In this document: one piece after another, positions 18,948 through 26,617 of the stretch | Layout of the letters: each line of letters starts with the position of its first letter | How positions within the stretch are numbered: position 1 is the first letter of the stretch | Source: Hyperthermus butylicus DSM 5456 | GTDB taxonomy: Archaea > Thermoproteota > Thermoprotei_A > Sulfolobales > Pyrodictiaceae | Assembly (NCBI RefSeq): GCF_000015145.1 | Contig: NC_008818.1 | Coordinates: 210,001 to 242,000 of the forward strand | Direction of reading: 5' to 3' | DNA length: 32,000 bases | Notes under the pieces: model-generated | The model's input: only the letters and a program-made list of their open reading frames with translations | Database searches by the model: none | Told to the model about the DNA's origin: nothing | Translations under genes and position numbers: made by a program

Positions 18948-18956
18948 TATTTAAAA
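18948..18956 (-). promoter_or_regulatory. TATA box (TTTTAAATA on the minus strand) for the cbiMNQO operon
   Basis: The reverse complement reads ...GGGTCAATTTTAAATAGGTCC... The box sits 50-60 nt upstream of the MHIPDG start codon. No other AT-rich box is in this gap. Confidence 0.4.
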
Positions 18957-19218
18957 TTGACCCTTTCCTAGCGTAAAACCGGAGAAACGCATAGAGTAAC
19001 ACAAAGCCATGGGTCACAGCATGTCCATGCATGGTCTCTACACAATCCAGCAGCCGTAAGAGAGTAGAGCAATTACCAGCTAGCTAGTCGACCCACACAC
19101 GCGTCCTGAGCTAGCAGACCACATAGCCTTGCCGGGCCCACAGCCGTATAGGCGCAGAGTTAGGCTCCAAGTAATGCCTAGTTGTACCAGGGCAGTGGCG
19201 GGCTGGCAGATTCATGGC

Positions 19219-20667
19219 TTATCTGGGTGGTTCTCCTGTGCTAGCAGTAGTGTTTGATACCATGCGCTGCAGTTCTTGCAGCTCCTGCTGTATCTCCTCA
19301 AGAGTCTTTATAACCTCTGCGATGCGGTGCTCAAGCGTATTTATCCTCTCCTCTAGACTCTTAGCAGGGTGTTCCTCTATGGCCATGTGACCCAGAATGG
19401 CTTGGAGAGCGTCTAGGTATGTTATGTGGCGACGTGGCTGTAGCGAAGTAATCTCGCTAGTAGCGGCATTAACTATGTCCACTGCTACCAGGCCACGATA
19501 GTCTTTCGTTGTGACTGTTGCCTTCCAATAGAGTGTTCCATTCAGCATCGTGAGCATGGGCTCCTCTATGCTGAGTTCGCCCCAGTCATAGATGGGATGT
19601 GCCTGCTTTATGTAGCTCTCCACCTTGCTTATCCCGATGACGGGTTCAGGAAACTCGTAGAAGAGTAGCTGGAGCCCTTCCACATGGCTGGCTTCGACGT
19701 AGATGATGTATCTGGTGCTATAGGTCTCGCCGGGCGGCTCGGCTACAAACACCCAGTACAGCCTACTGTCAGCTCCCTGCTCAAGGTAGGGCTGGGGATT
19801 AGTGCCGATGTCACGTATCACGTAGGTGTTATGATGCAGATAGAACTCGATGAGTCCAACACGATACCGGTATGCCTCTACCCAGCTCCTAGCTATAGCC
19901 TCTGGAAGCAGCGGCATGCCCTGGAACCGGGGATCACTTGCAAGCCTATCCTTTTCCACCACCTCTATACCTCCATCCTCGTCTACTACCGCGTAGCCAT
20001 AGAGTATCGGTATGCTGTAGAGGAGGCCCCGCTTCCACGTCACAAGGGGTACTAGGATGTATATCCTCTCCTCGTGGAGTATCTCGATATTGTCCTCGAG
20101 TAGCGGCTTATACCGGAGCCCCGCGGCCAGGACGATGCGGCGTTCAAGAGTATCGAAGAATAATAGCCGAAAGACTTTGCTGTGCAGCCCCCATTCGAGT
20201 GGCTTCTCTACAACCTCAACGTGTGGTGGATACTCGTCACCGTAGACGAACACTACGCCGAGTGGCTTCTTGGTGAGATGGTTCCAGAAGCCCTCCGGCT
20301 CTATTATCCAGTTGTAGACGCTATGGTTGCCCAGGTAGTAGACATAGCTGTCCTCCGAGTACACACGGTGTGTTGGTATTTGGATGCGGCCGCTCGCATA
20401 GGCATAAGCGGTCATCAACGGTATAAAGCACTTCAACCCGTTAACATCTATGGGCTCATCAAGAGACATAACCTCAACATGCCTGCTCGCTGCCACCGGC
20501 GCATAGAGAGAAGCTAAGCCAAGCGCAACAGCCAGCATGGCAGCAGCGGCGACAATATAGGCTACAAGCCTCCTTCTGCCGAGAAGCCGGTAGGCATAAT
20601 TAAGCGCAGCCAGGCCAGCGGTAAACCAGTAGGCAGCCAAGACGGCAAGACTAGCAACACCATACAA
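19219..20667 (-). CDS. Hypothetical protein: N-terminal TM helices, large Tyr/Trp-rich extracytoplasmic domain, C-terminal coiled coil
   Basis: A 482-aa ORF with a TTG start. The C-terminus SLEERINTLEHRIAEVIKTLEEIQQELQELQRMV has heptad periodicity. No family recognised. Confidence 0.6.
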   Translation of the reverse strand: MYGVASLAVLAAYWFTAGLAALNYAYRLLGRRRLVAYIVAAAAMLAVALGLASLYAPVAASRHVEVMSLDEPIDVNGLKCFIPLMTAYAYASGRIQIPTHRVYSEDSYVYYLGNHSVYNWIIEPEGFWNHLTKKPLGVVFVYGDEYPPHVEVVEKPLEWGLHSKVFRLLFFDTLERRIVLAAGLRYKPLLEDNIEILHEERIYILVPLVTWKRGLLYSIPILYGYAVVDEDGGIEVVEKDRLASDPRFQGMPLLPEAIARSWVEAYRYRVGLIEFYLHHNTYVIRDIGTNPQPYLEQGADSRLYWVFVAEPPGETYSTRYIIYVEASHVEGLQLLFYEFPEPVIGISKVESYIKQAHPIYDWGELSIEEPMLTMLNGTLYWKATVTTKDYRGLVAVDIVNAATSEITSLQPRRHITYLDALQAILGHMAIEEHPAKSLEERINTLEHRIAEVIKTLEEIQQELQELQRMVSNTTASTGEPPR

Positions 20668-20960
20668 GCCGAAAGGAAGGCAGCAGCTACAGCAAAACCC
20701 AGAGAAAAGAATACAACCCTGCCAGCAGCCTCACGGAGCGGCTCAACCCTCCAAAAGGTATACAGTAAAACCGCTAAACCAAGCCCAACTAGTAAAAGTC
20801 TAACAGCAAGAACTAGAATGGGCAGGGAGGCGAATGCAACAGCAAGCCCGTGAAGATACAGTACATAGCCTCCGGAAGCGATGGAGCCGAGCAACACCGT
20901 TACCACAGCACCAGCAAAAGCCCAACCACGCCCACTATCCACACCAGGAACCAGCGCCAA
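20562..20960 (-). CDS. Hypothetical membrane protein; possibly the frameshifted N-terminal TM portion of the downstream 482-aa gene
   Basis: A 132-aa, all-hydrophobic ORF. It overlaps the next ORF by 106 nt in another frame, and both frames are hydrophobic across the overlap. Confidence 0.4.
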   Translation of the reverse strand: MALVPGVDSGRGWAFAGAVVTVLLGSIASGGYVLYLHGLAVAFASLPILVLAVRLLLVGLGLAVLLYTFWRVEPLREAAGRVVFFSLGFAVAAAFLSACMVLLVLPSWLPTGLPLAWLRLIMPTGFSAEGGL

Positions 20961-21038
20961 CCACTACACCTACATACAACACCCATCAAAATCGGTCTAA
21001 ACACATAAACTTACCCGTATCGGTGAAGTTTCCACATA

Positions 21039-21062
21039 AAGCATGGTGGCAAGCATGGTGGC
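21039..21062. repeat. Perfect 12-bp tandem duplication (AAGCATGGTGGC x2)
   Basis: Read directly: aagcatggtggc at 21039-21050 and again at 21051-21062, in an intergenic stretch. Confidence 0.9.
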
Positions 21063-21291
21063 CCCTCTAGTGTAACATCATAATACATGCAGGCAACGAG
21101 GATCCTAGTTGTATAGCCTTGCACGCTCATGGCAGGAAGGATGTAGAGCAAGTGATACCAGATTATAGAGAAGGTACAGCTCGTGAAGAGACTACTCGCA
21201 GAGAGAACAGGCATAGGCTAGGCAGGCTCCTGGAGCCCGGTACACACTAAGTGTTGGGCGGTGTTGGCTCCTAGCCTGTGCATCCCTGGGC

Positions 21292-22045
21292 TCATGGCCT
21301 CTCTTTGGCTAGTGCTTCTAGTGCCAAGTGTGCTATGTAGAGGGTCTTTGTCCTCCTGGCAAGGTATTCTGAGACCTGGCCCAGCACCTTCTTGTCGGCT
21401 TTGCCCCTGCGGGCTAGCTCGTAGAGTGGCTCCTCCAGCTTAGGCTGCTCCAGATCTTCGGCCCTCCAGAGCCTCTGCTATGTGTTCGAGCGGCGTGTCT
21501 GCTGGGAGCCCGGCTGCTGGCAGCAATTCCTTTGTCTCGTGGGCCTCCTCTAGTAGTCTCACCAGCCTCTTCATGCCCGCCTTCTTGGCCGCGTCTAGCT
21601 CTACAACCTTTACACCCACAGCTGAGGCGTACATGTTTATCCTCTTAACCTGGTCGTGGGCGAGCGCAAGCGTCGGATAGAGCGCGAGACAACGGTACTC
21701 CCCCGAGAGGCTGCGGCGCAGAAAGTGAAGCAGCCAAGCCTCTGTCTTTCCGGACCCGGTGCCAGATACCAGGACAACATTGTAGCCTCTATTGAGGGCC
21801 TCTAGCGCCTCAGCCTGGTGCCGATAAAGCCTTCATTTGCTGCTAGGCAGGCTCGAGAGCTGGGGCACAACATCCGAGAACCTAGCCTCCACGGTCTCTG
21901 GCTCCGACGGCGGCTCCACGAAGGAGATGTAGGAGTAGCCTAGCCTCTCTAGCAGCTTGGCAGAATCAACGCGAGCCATACCATGGCCTACCACTTTGAG
22001 GCGATCAACCGCCACCCTATTAACCCGCGCTGCACGACGCGTCAA
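21292..22045 (-). pseudogene. Remnant of a superfamily-2 (DEAD/DEAH, YprA/Lhr-like) helicase: in-frame TGA at 21833-21835, no motif II, frame change near 21440
   Basis: Manual translation: ...[50 protein letters not shown]...RCLALYPTLALAHDQVKRI... This contains the Q-like motif, motif I and motif Ia. No canonical start codon lies between the TGA and motif I. No DExH follows. The tail continues in another frame (EDLEQPKLEEPLYELARRGK...KERP*). Confidence 0.55.
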
Positions 22046-22307
22046 CGAAGACTGTACAGAGGCATGCTGGGCTTAAGGCTAGCCTCCCGTAAGCTGTCTA
22101 TGATACCTAGGGGGCCTCCTCAAGCTAATCTTGACGGATAGCCAGGCTGTATGGATTCCTACAGCTTCCTATCCACAGCACCTCGAGCTATACGTCAGAC
22201 CTCTCTGATCGTGTTGCTGTATTTTCCGCTTACATAGATCCAATTGTACCGTATGGGTTTGAAGCAGGAAGGGCGGCAGCACTATACTAGCCTCTGGCTG
22301 CCGTGTA

Positions 22308-22970
22308 GTGTACGCGGCGTCTGTTATGGTTGCATTGCGTCGCCGTAGGCTGGGTAGAAGCCAGCCTGTGGGGAGGCGGGGGCCTGGGCCTAGCGAGGAT
22401 TTCCTCAGGGAGGCTAGTGAGGCTGTCCAGCCGATCCACGGGCAGGGCTTCTTCTACGTGGGGTATGGCTACATAGCATATTACATAGTATTTGACTACA
22501 ATGATCCCCTAGGCTACTACGAGGCTGTACTCCGCAATCCCAAGCTCTACGAGGAGGAGACGCTGAAGCTCTACTATGGGATGCAGGAGCTTGTGGATCA
22601 AGAGGAGGTGAAGGTTAACGGGGAGCGTGTCCGCCCCAAAGTAGCTATGGTAGATATCGGGTTTCGAGGGCGCAGCTCAAGAGTCTACATAGTTTTCGCG
22701 CTACGGTTCCGCGCCCCGATAAGGCCGGGGGTTAACGTGTATGAGAACCGCTACGAGCCAGAGCCCATAGAGTACGACTATGAGGCCTACTGGGTGTTCC
22801 CGCCGGGCTCCAGGATCCTAGAAGTGGACATGGGCACGGGAAGCGAGGACTGGGAGATAGTCGATGACAATGTCCTAGCGATCTATGGGAAGCGGGGAGG
22901 CAGAACGGGCGGCTACGAGAAGATAGTCTTCCGCATGCCTGAGAAGCCTATAATGCAGGACGAAGAGTAA
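22308..22970 (+). CDS. Hypothetical protein (Tyr/Glu-rich, predicted beta-rich)
   Basis: A 220-aa ORF convergent on the signalling locus. The Arg-rich N-terminus is likely not real, so the start is uncertain. No family recognised. Confidence 0.45.
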   Translation: MYAASVMVALRRRRLGRSQPVGRRGPGPSEDFLREASEAVQPIHGQGFFYVGYGYIAYYIVFDYNDPLGYYEAVLRNPKLYEEETLKLYYGMQELVDQEEVKVNGERVRPKVAMVDIGFRGRSSRVYIVFALRFRAPIRPGVNVYENRYEPEPIEYDYEAYWVFPPGSRILEVDMGTGSEDWEIVDDNVLAIYGKRGGRTGGYEKIVFRMPEKPIMQDEE

Positions 22971-23005
22971 CAGGCCACAGCTGGACGGGGATGTTGAGCC
23001 AGGGG

Positions 23006-23812
23006 CTAGCCCCTCTCCACGAATATCTCAGCGTCTCTAGCGGGTATCCTCACCCCCTCTAGCAGCGCCTCCCTTCCAAGAAGCATTGTGCCATCATCCC
23101 TCTCTACCACCACTTGGACTCTGCCATTCTCGACGACGGCCTGCACAACCGTCCTGTCGCCCCTGCAGAGTGTGTATATGCGTGCACCTGCTATCTCAGC
23201 AACCTCGAGCACTATGTCGGTGCAGCTCCGGTTAGTGGTCTGTGCTGTCAACCGTTCACCCCTAAGTATTATGGCCACTGCTGTCAGCGGGTTAAAGTAG
23301 TCCCTAAGGTCTAGCCTTGAAATCCTAGCCTCAAGCGCTGCAGGTTTGGCAGGCATCGCTGCAGGTGTTGCAGTAAGTCTCAGTGGTGATGCTGCAGGCT
23401 GTAGGGATGGCCCAGCAGCTGCTGGCGCGGCGGGAGGCCTTGCTGCAGGTGGATGAGCGCCTATAAGCTTGTAGAGGGCCATCACTCCATCTGACAGTAT
23501 GCTCTTCGGCCATGTCTGCAAGTCAATGTTTACCAGCTGGGGTGTGAGCGTTATCAACTCGATCGTGCCACGCTTAGCGCCAAGGAGCTTGGCGAACTCC
23601 TGGAGACACTCGTCACCCTGAAGGAGCCTAGCGCCGATGGCTATACAGCCAGCGCGGCCGTCGCCCGAAACGTCTATCTGGAATATCCTACCGTCCGGCG
23701 TCTTATAGACGAGTCTCCCATTACCCATCCTCAGCAGCTGAGCTATAGCTGCGCGTAGAGGGAACCTGGAAGCATCACTTATCCTCACAACCGGGCCTAT
23801 GGTCGTGTACAT
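23006..23812 (-). CDS. Two-domain protein: tandem DUF4388/PATAN-like modules joined by a Pro/Ala-rich linker
   Basis: N-terminal module: FPLRAAIAQLLRMGNGRLVYKTPDGRIFQIDVSGDGRAGCIAIGARLLQGDECLQEFAKLL...GTIELITL. Linker: PPAARPPAAPAAAGPSLQPAASPL... C-terminal module: ...RIYTLCRGDRTVVQAVVENGRVQVVVERDDGTMLLGREALLEGV. Both fit the pattern tG.L.l...g...i.f..G.iv.A...g...G.eAl..l. Motif-level call only. Confidence 0.55.
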   Translation of the reverse strand: MYTTIGPVVRISDASRFPLRAAIAQLLRMGNGRLVYKTPDGRIFQIDVSGDGRAGCIAIGARLLQGDECLQEFAKLLGAKRGTIELITLTPQLVNIDLQTWPKSILSDGVMALYKLIGAHPPAARPPAAPAAAGPSLQPAASPLRLTATPAAMPAKPAALEARISRLDLRDYFNPLTAVAIILRGERLTAQTTNRSCTDIVLEVAEIAGARIYTLCRGDRTVVQAVVENGRVQVVVERDDGTMLLGREALLEGVRIPARDAEIFVERG

Positions 23813-23840
23813 GGCCCGGTTGCACCACTCCAGAACAACT

Positions 23841-24650
23841 CTACTTCTTCGTGAACAACAGTATATAGCTTGCCGCTAGCGGTGCGGCACCAGCCACCGT
23901 AGCCTCTAACAGCGAAAGGCCAGCAATCAGCGATGACAAGTAGTAGGCGGCTGTTATGGCGCCTGCAAGGAGCACCCTTAGCGCGGAGACCGTGAACCCA
24001 ACCCTCTCCTTAGCAGCCTCCGCCAGGGCTGGCCTTGCTGCTGGCGCTGTAGCCTCCTCGAGCCTGTCAACAGCAAGTCTTAGGCTTGTGCCGCAGTTGG
24101 GACACGTCCTGGAGACATTGTAGGCTCCACAGTAGGGGCAGACAGCTGTGCCAAAGGTTAGGCGGCGGCCACAGCTCGGACAAGTGTACGTATAGATCTC
24201 CAGCATGGCGCCACACTTGGGACACTTGAGTGGCCTACCTTCCAGAATCCTGCGTACTGGTTCAAAGAGCGCCGTTGTAGCTCGGGGGTCGCCGAGTATC
24301 GAGATCGTGAAGCCCTCGCCGAGATCGGCTACGAGTAGTGAGCGGCTAGCATAGCCAGCAATCGCCAGCTGTGTCCTGCCGCCGACAGCGCTGTGGCTAG
24401 CAGCCTCGAGGTAGGAGGTTGAGAGCGAGGCTAGCTCGTCGGCATAGATCTGCATTTCCGGGTTCGGAGCGTTAACACTATAGGCTAGGCCCTCGTGTGC
24501 ACCAACCACAAGGTCTACACCATCAACGCCAGCTGCTAGCGTCATAATGCTGGTCAGTTTCTCCTCTGGCGACCCCCCCTTTGGTGGTGAAGTGCTCAAC
24601 ACGCACACCACCCAGCTAGTATAGGTCCTACCAGGGTGGAAGAAAAACAT
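23841..24650 (-). CDS. Roadblock/LC7-like domain + double zinc ribbon + C-terminal TM anchor
   Basis: Roadblock pattern: GVDGVDLVVGAHEGLAYSV...EMQIYADELASLSTSYLEAASHSAVGG-RTQLAIAGYASRSLLVADLGEGFTISILGD. Four CxxC pairs: KCPKCG...CPSCG...CPYCG...CPNCG. C-terminal hydrophobic helices: VLLAGAITAAYYLSSLIAGLSLLEATVAGAAPLAASYILLF. Start uncertain; GTG 24611 is possible. Confidence 0.7.
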   Translation of the reverse strand: MFFFHPGRTYTSWVVCVLSTSPPKGGSPEEKLTSIMTLAAGVDGVDLVVGAHEGLAYSVNAPNPEMQIYADELASLSTSYLEAASHSAVGGRTQLAIAGYASRSLLVADLGEGFTISILGDPRATTALFEPVRRILEGRPLKCPKCGAMLEIYTYTCPSCGRRLTFGTAVCPYCGAYNVSRTCPNCGTSLRLAVDRLEEATAPAARPALAEAAKERVGFTVSALRVLLAGAITAAYYLSSLIAGLSLLEATVAGAAPLAASYILLFTKK

Positions 24651-24693
24651 GGCTATAAAGCAGTAAGTGCAATGGTAGGGAAGGAGGCGGGGG

Positions 24694-25734
24694 CTAGATT
24701 ATGGATGAGAGCGTGTAGCTAGGCATACTCCTCTTCTCGCCCACATCAACCACAAACACCTGGTAGAATGCAGCAACTATCTCCTCGCCGAGCTTTGACC
24801 AGAGCCCCCTTAGCTCGCGGTACTCGCCGTTATCCAGGAAGCCTAGGTCAGCCATGGACCTGGGGGGCCAGCCGCCGGGATAGCCGTGCTCCCTTTCAGC
24901 ATCAACTACTTGTCTCCAGTGCTGTGCAGTAGCTGAGGGGAGCCCTTGGAACGGGCTAGCCCCAAGGTAGACATAGGCTACGAGCTGGAGTCCATACCAT
25001 GTCGGGGTCCACATAACCCAGGAAAGTAGCTCTCTTGATGTCTTAGCTGGGAGAAGAGTGACGGGTAGCTCTTCAGGATCCGGTGTGCGTAGAGGTATGC
25101 CTAGCTCTGCGAGCGCGTCAACGGGCATGTAGTGCGCATCTCTAGCCGGTATAACCGTGAGCGGATACTCCGGGTCATCCATTATCGCCGCTGTCTCAAT
25201 GTCGAAAAGGTAGACCCACCTTCTCCCATCAACCACCCCGTAGGCAGTATTTGCCGTGGTGATATCGACGTGGATTATGTCAGCGGCTTCGAGGCACGCT
25301 AGGGCTTTAAGTACGTCCTTAGCCATCGCGATGCGCTCGGCCTCACTATTCTCCGCGAGGTAGCTGCGGAGCGTGTCAAAACTGTTAATGATTTCTGCTA
25401 GCGTCCTAAAACCTTGCACGGGCCGGAAAACCAGTACAGCACGGTCACCAAGAGCACCAACGCCAACCGGTATGCCGCGGCCGATAAGGCTTCTGGGCGG
25501 TGTGAGGCCACAGCGGCGGCGTAGGCGGAGTATACGGCGGAGCATCTCAGCTATACGCTCTACAGGCCTGGCTAGAACAGTCTGCTTCTCCGTAAACACC
25601 TTAACGATGTACTCTCTCCCCCTTATCTTGGCCGTGTAAATGTCTGCCTCGCCGCCGCTATCTATGAGGCTCCACTCATCAGTACTTGTCTCCACGACAC
25701 TGCCGTCGTGAAAAACCAGCGGGATAAAGGTCAT
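24694..25734 (-). CDS. Atypical protein kinase (ePK-like fold, Bud32/RIO-like catalytic loop) with long C-terminal extension
   Basis: Gly-rich loop IDSGGEADIY. Lys in YIVKVF. Helix-C Glu in PVERIAEML. Catalytic loop IIHVDITTANTAY (H.D....N; compare Bud32 HGDLTTSN). Metal-binding Asp in YLFDIETAA replaces DFG. Then WYGLQLVAYVYLGASPF. Confidence 0.7.
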   Translation of the reverse strand: MTFIPLVFHDGSVVETSTDEWSLIDSGGEADIYTAKIRGREYIVKVFTEKQTVLARPVERIAEMLRRILRLRRRCGLTPPRSLIGRGIPVGVGALGDRAVLVFRPVQGFRTLAEIINSFDTLRSYLAENSEAERIAMAKDVLKALACLEAADIIHVDITTANTAYGVVDGRRWVYLFDIETAAIMDDPEYPLTVIPARDAHYMPVDALAELGIPLRTPDPEELPVTLLPAKTSRELLSWVMWTPTWYGLQLVAYVYLGASPFQGLPSATAQHWRQVVDAEREHGYPGGWPPRSMADLGFLDNGEYRELRGLWSKLGEEIVAAFYQVFVVDVGEKRSMPSYTLSSII

Positions 25735-25777
25735 CCCGTTGCCAGCACCCCCACTAGGTTGTGGAGCTGTATGGAGT

Positions 25778-26569
25778 CTAAAAAATCGCTGTCTCGCTTA
25801 GCCTCTCAACGAACCTTCTCACAGCCTCTTCCCACTCCCTGGTGATCTTATCGTTCCTTGGCGCGTCAATGAACATCTTCTCGTGGTATGGCGGATCAAC
25901 TAGGTCTATGAGGCCGCGCTCTTCCAGCACCCTTCTCTGAGCCTCCCTTAGGAAGCTCGCAATAGTGCGTAGCGTCTCGCGGTCAGCATCAAGGCCTAGC
26001 GCTATCGTTGCGAGGCCTATGCGGTTCCTCTGGTTTAGAGCCCTAAGCTTCTCCTGCAGCTCCCCCGTAATCCGGTCTGCAACCTCTACAACGTCCTCCG
26101 GAGTCCTCTTAGTCTCCTTGCCGTCGGTAAACATGAACACCGTTACATACTTCTCTGAGGGTATACTAGTGTCTTCGATGTACCTCTCGATAATCATTGC
26201 AGCGTGTTCAAGGGCGTCGGCCATAGCGGTCATGCCGTAAGGGCGGTTCTCCTCCGTGCTCTCCTGGAATACACGGAGTGCTGGATTGTGCTCAGTTACC
26301 GGGAAGTATACGGCGCCACCTCTCTCTACGACTTTCACGTCATCGCTAAACCATACGAAGCCTACGCGGAACGCTGGCGCCATATTGCTACGGGCAAGCC
26401 TCGCTAAGAGCCTTTCCACAAGCTCTACGAGGTGCTCCCACTTGCTCCTATGATCATAGGTTTTTAGCTCGCTCATGCTAAGGGAGCGATCCAGCATGAA
26501 TATAACCAGCACTGTGTAGCTTAGCGGCCTCCGCTTAAGCACCCTCAGCATAGTGCTTGGAATAGCCAC
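25778..26569 (-). CDS. von Willebrand factor type A (vWA) domain protein with complete MIDAS motif (TerY/ArnB-like)
   Basis: FMLDRSLSMS (DxSxS), GMTAMADAL (Thr) and MFTDGKET (Asp) give an intact MIDAS. A helical extension follows at the C-terminus. Confidence 0.85.
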   Translation of the reverse strand: MAIPSTMLRVLKRRPLSYTVLVIFMLDRSLSMSELKTYDHRSKWEHLVELVERLLARLARSNMAPAFRVGFVWFSDDVKVVERGGAVYFPVTEHNPALRVFQESTEENRPYGMTAMADALEHAAMIIERYIEDTSIPSEKYVTVFMFTDGKETKRTPEDVVEVADRITGELQEKLRALNQRNRIGLATIALGLDADRETLRTIASFLREAQRRVLEERGLIDLVDPPYHEKMFIDAPRNDKITREWEEAVRRFVERLSETAIF

Positions 26570-26617
26570 AGCCTCCCACCTTCCCCTACCCAGCTACTAT
26601 CCCATTGGGCCCTGGAT

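Noticed and set aside
18957-19218. Possible riboswitch or NikR operator upstream of cbiM (CCATGG…CATGCATGG palindromic bits around 19005-19040).
   Set aside because: Cobalamin riboswitches are not established in archaea. The palindromic bits are short CATG self-complementary repeats, located more than 100 nt upstream of the TATA box, with no clear dyad of operator length.
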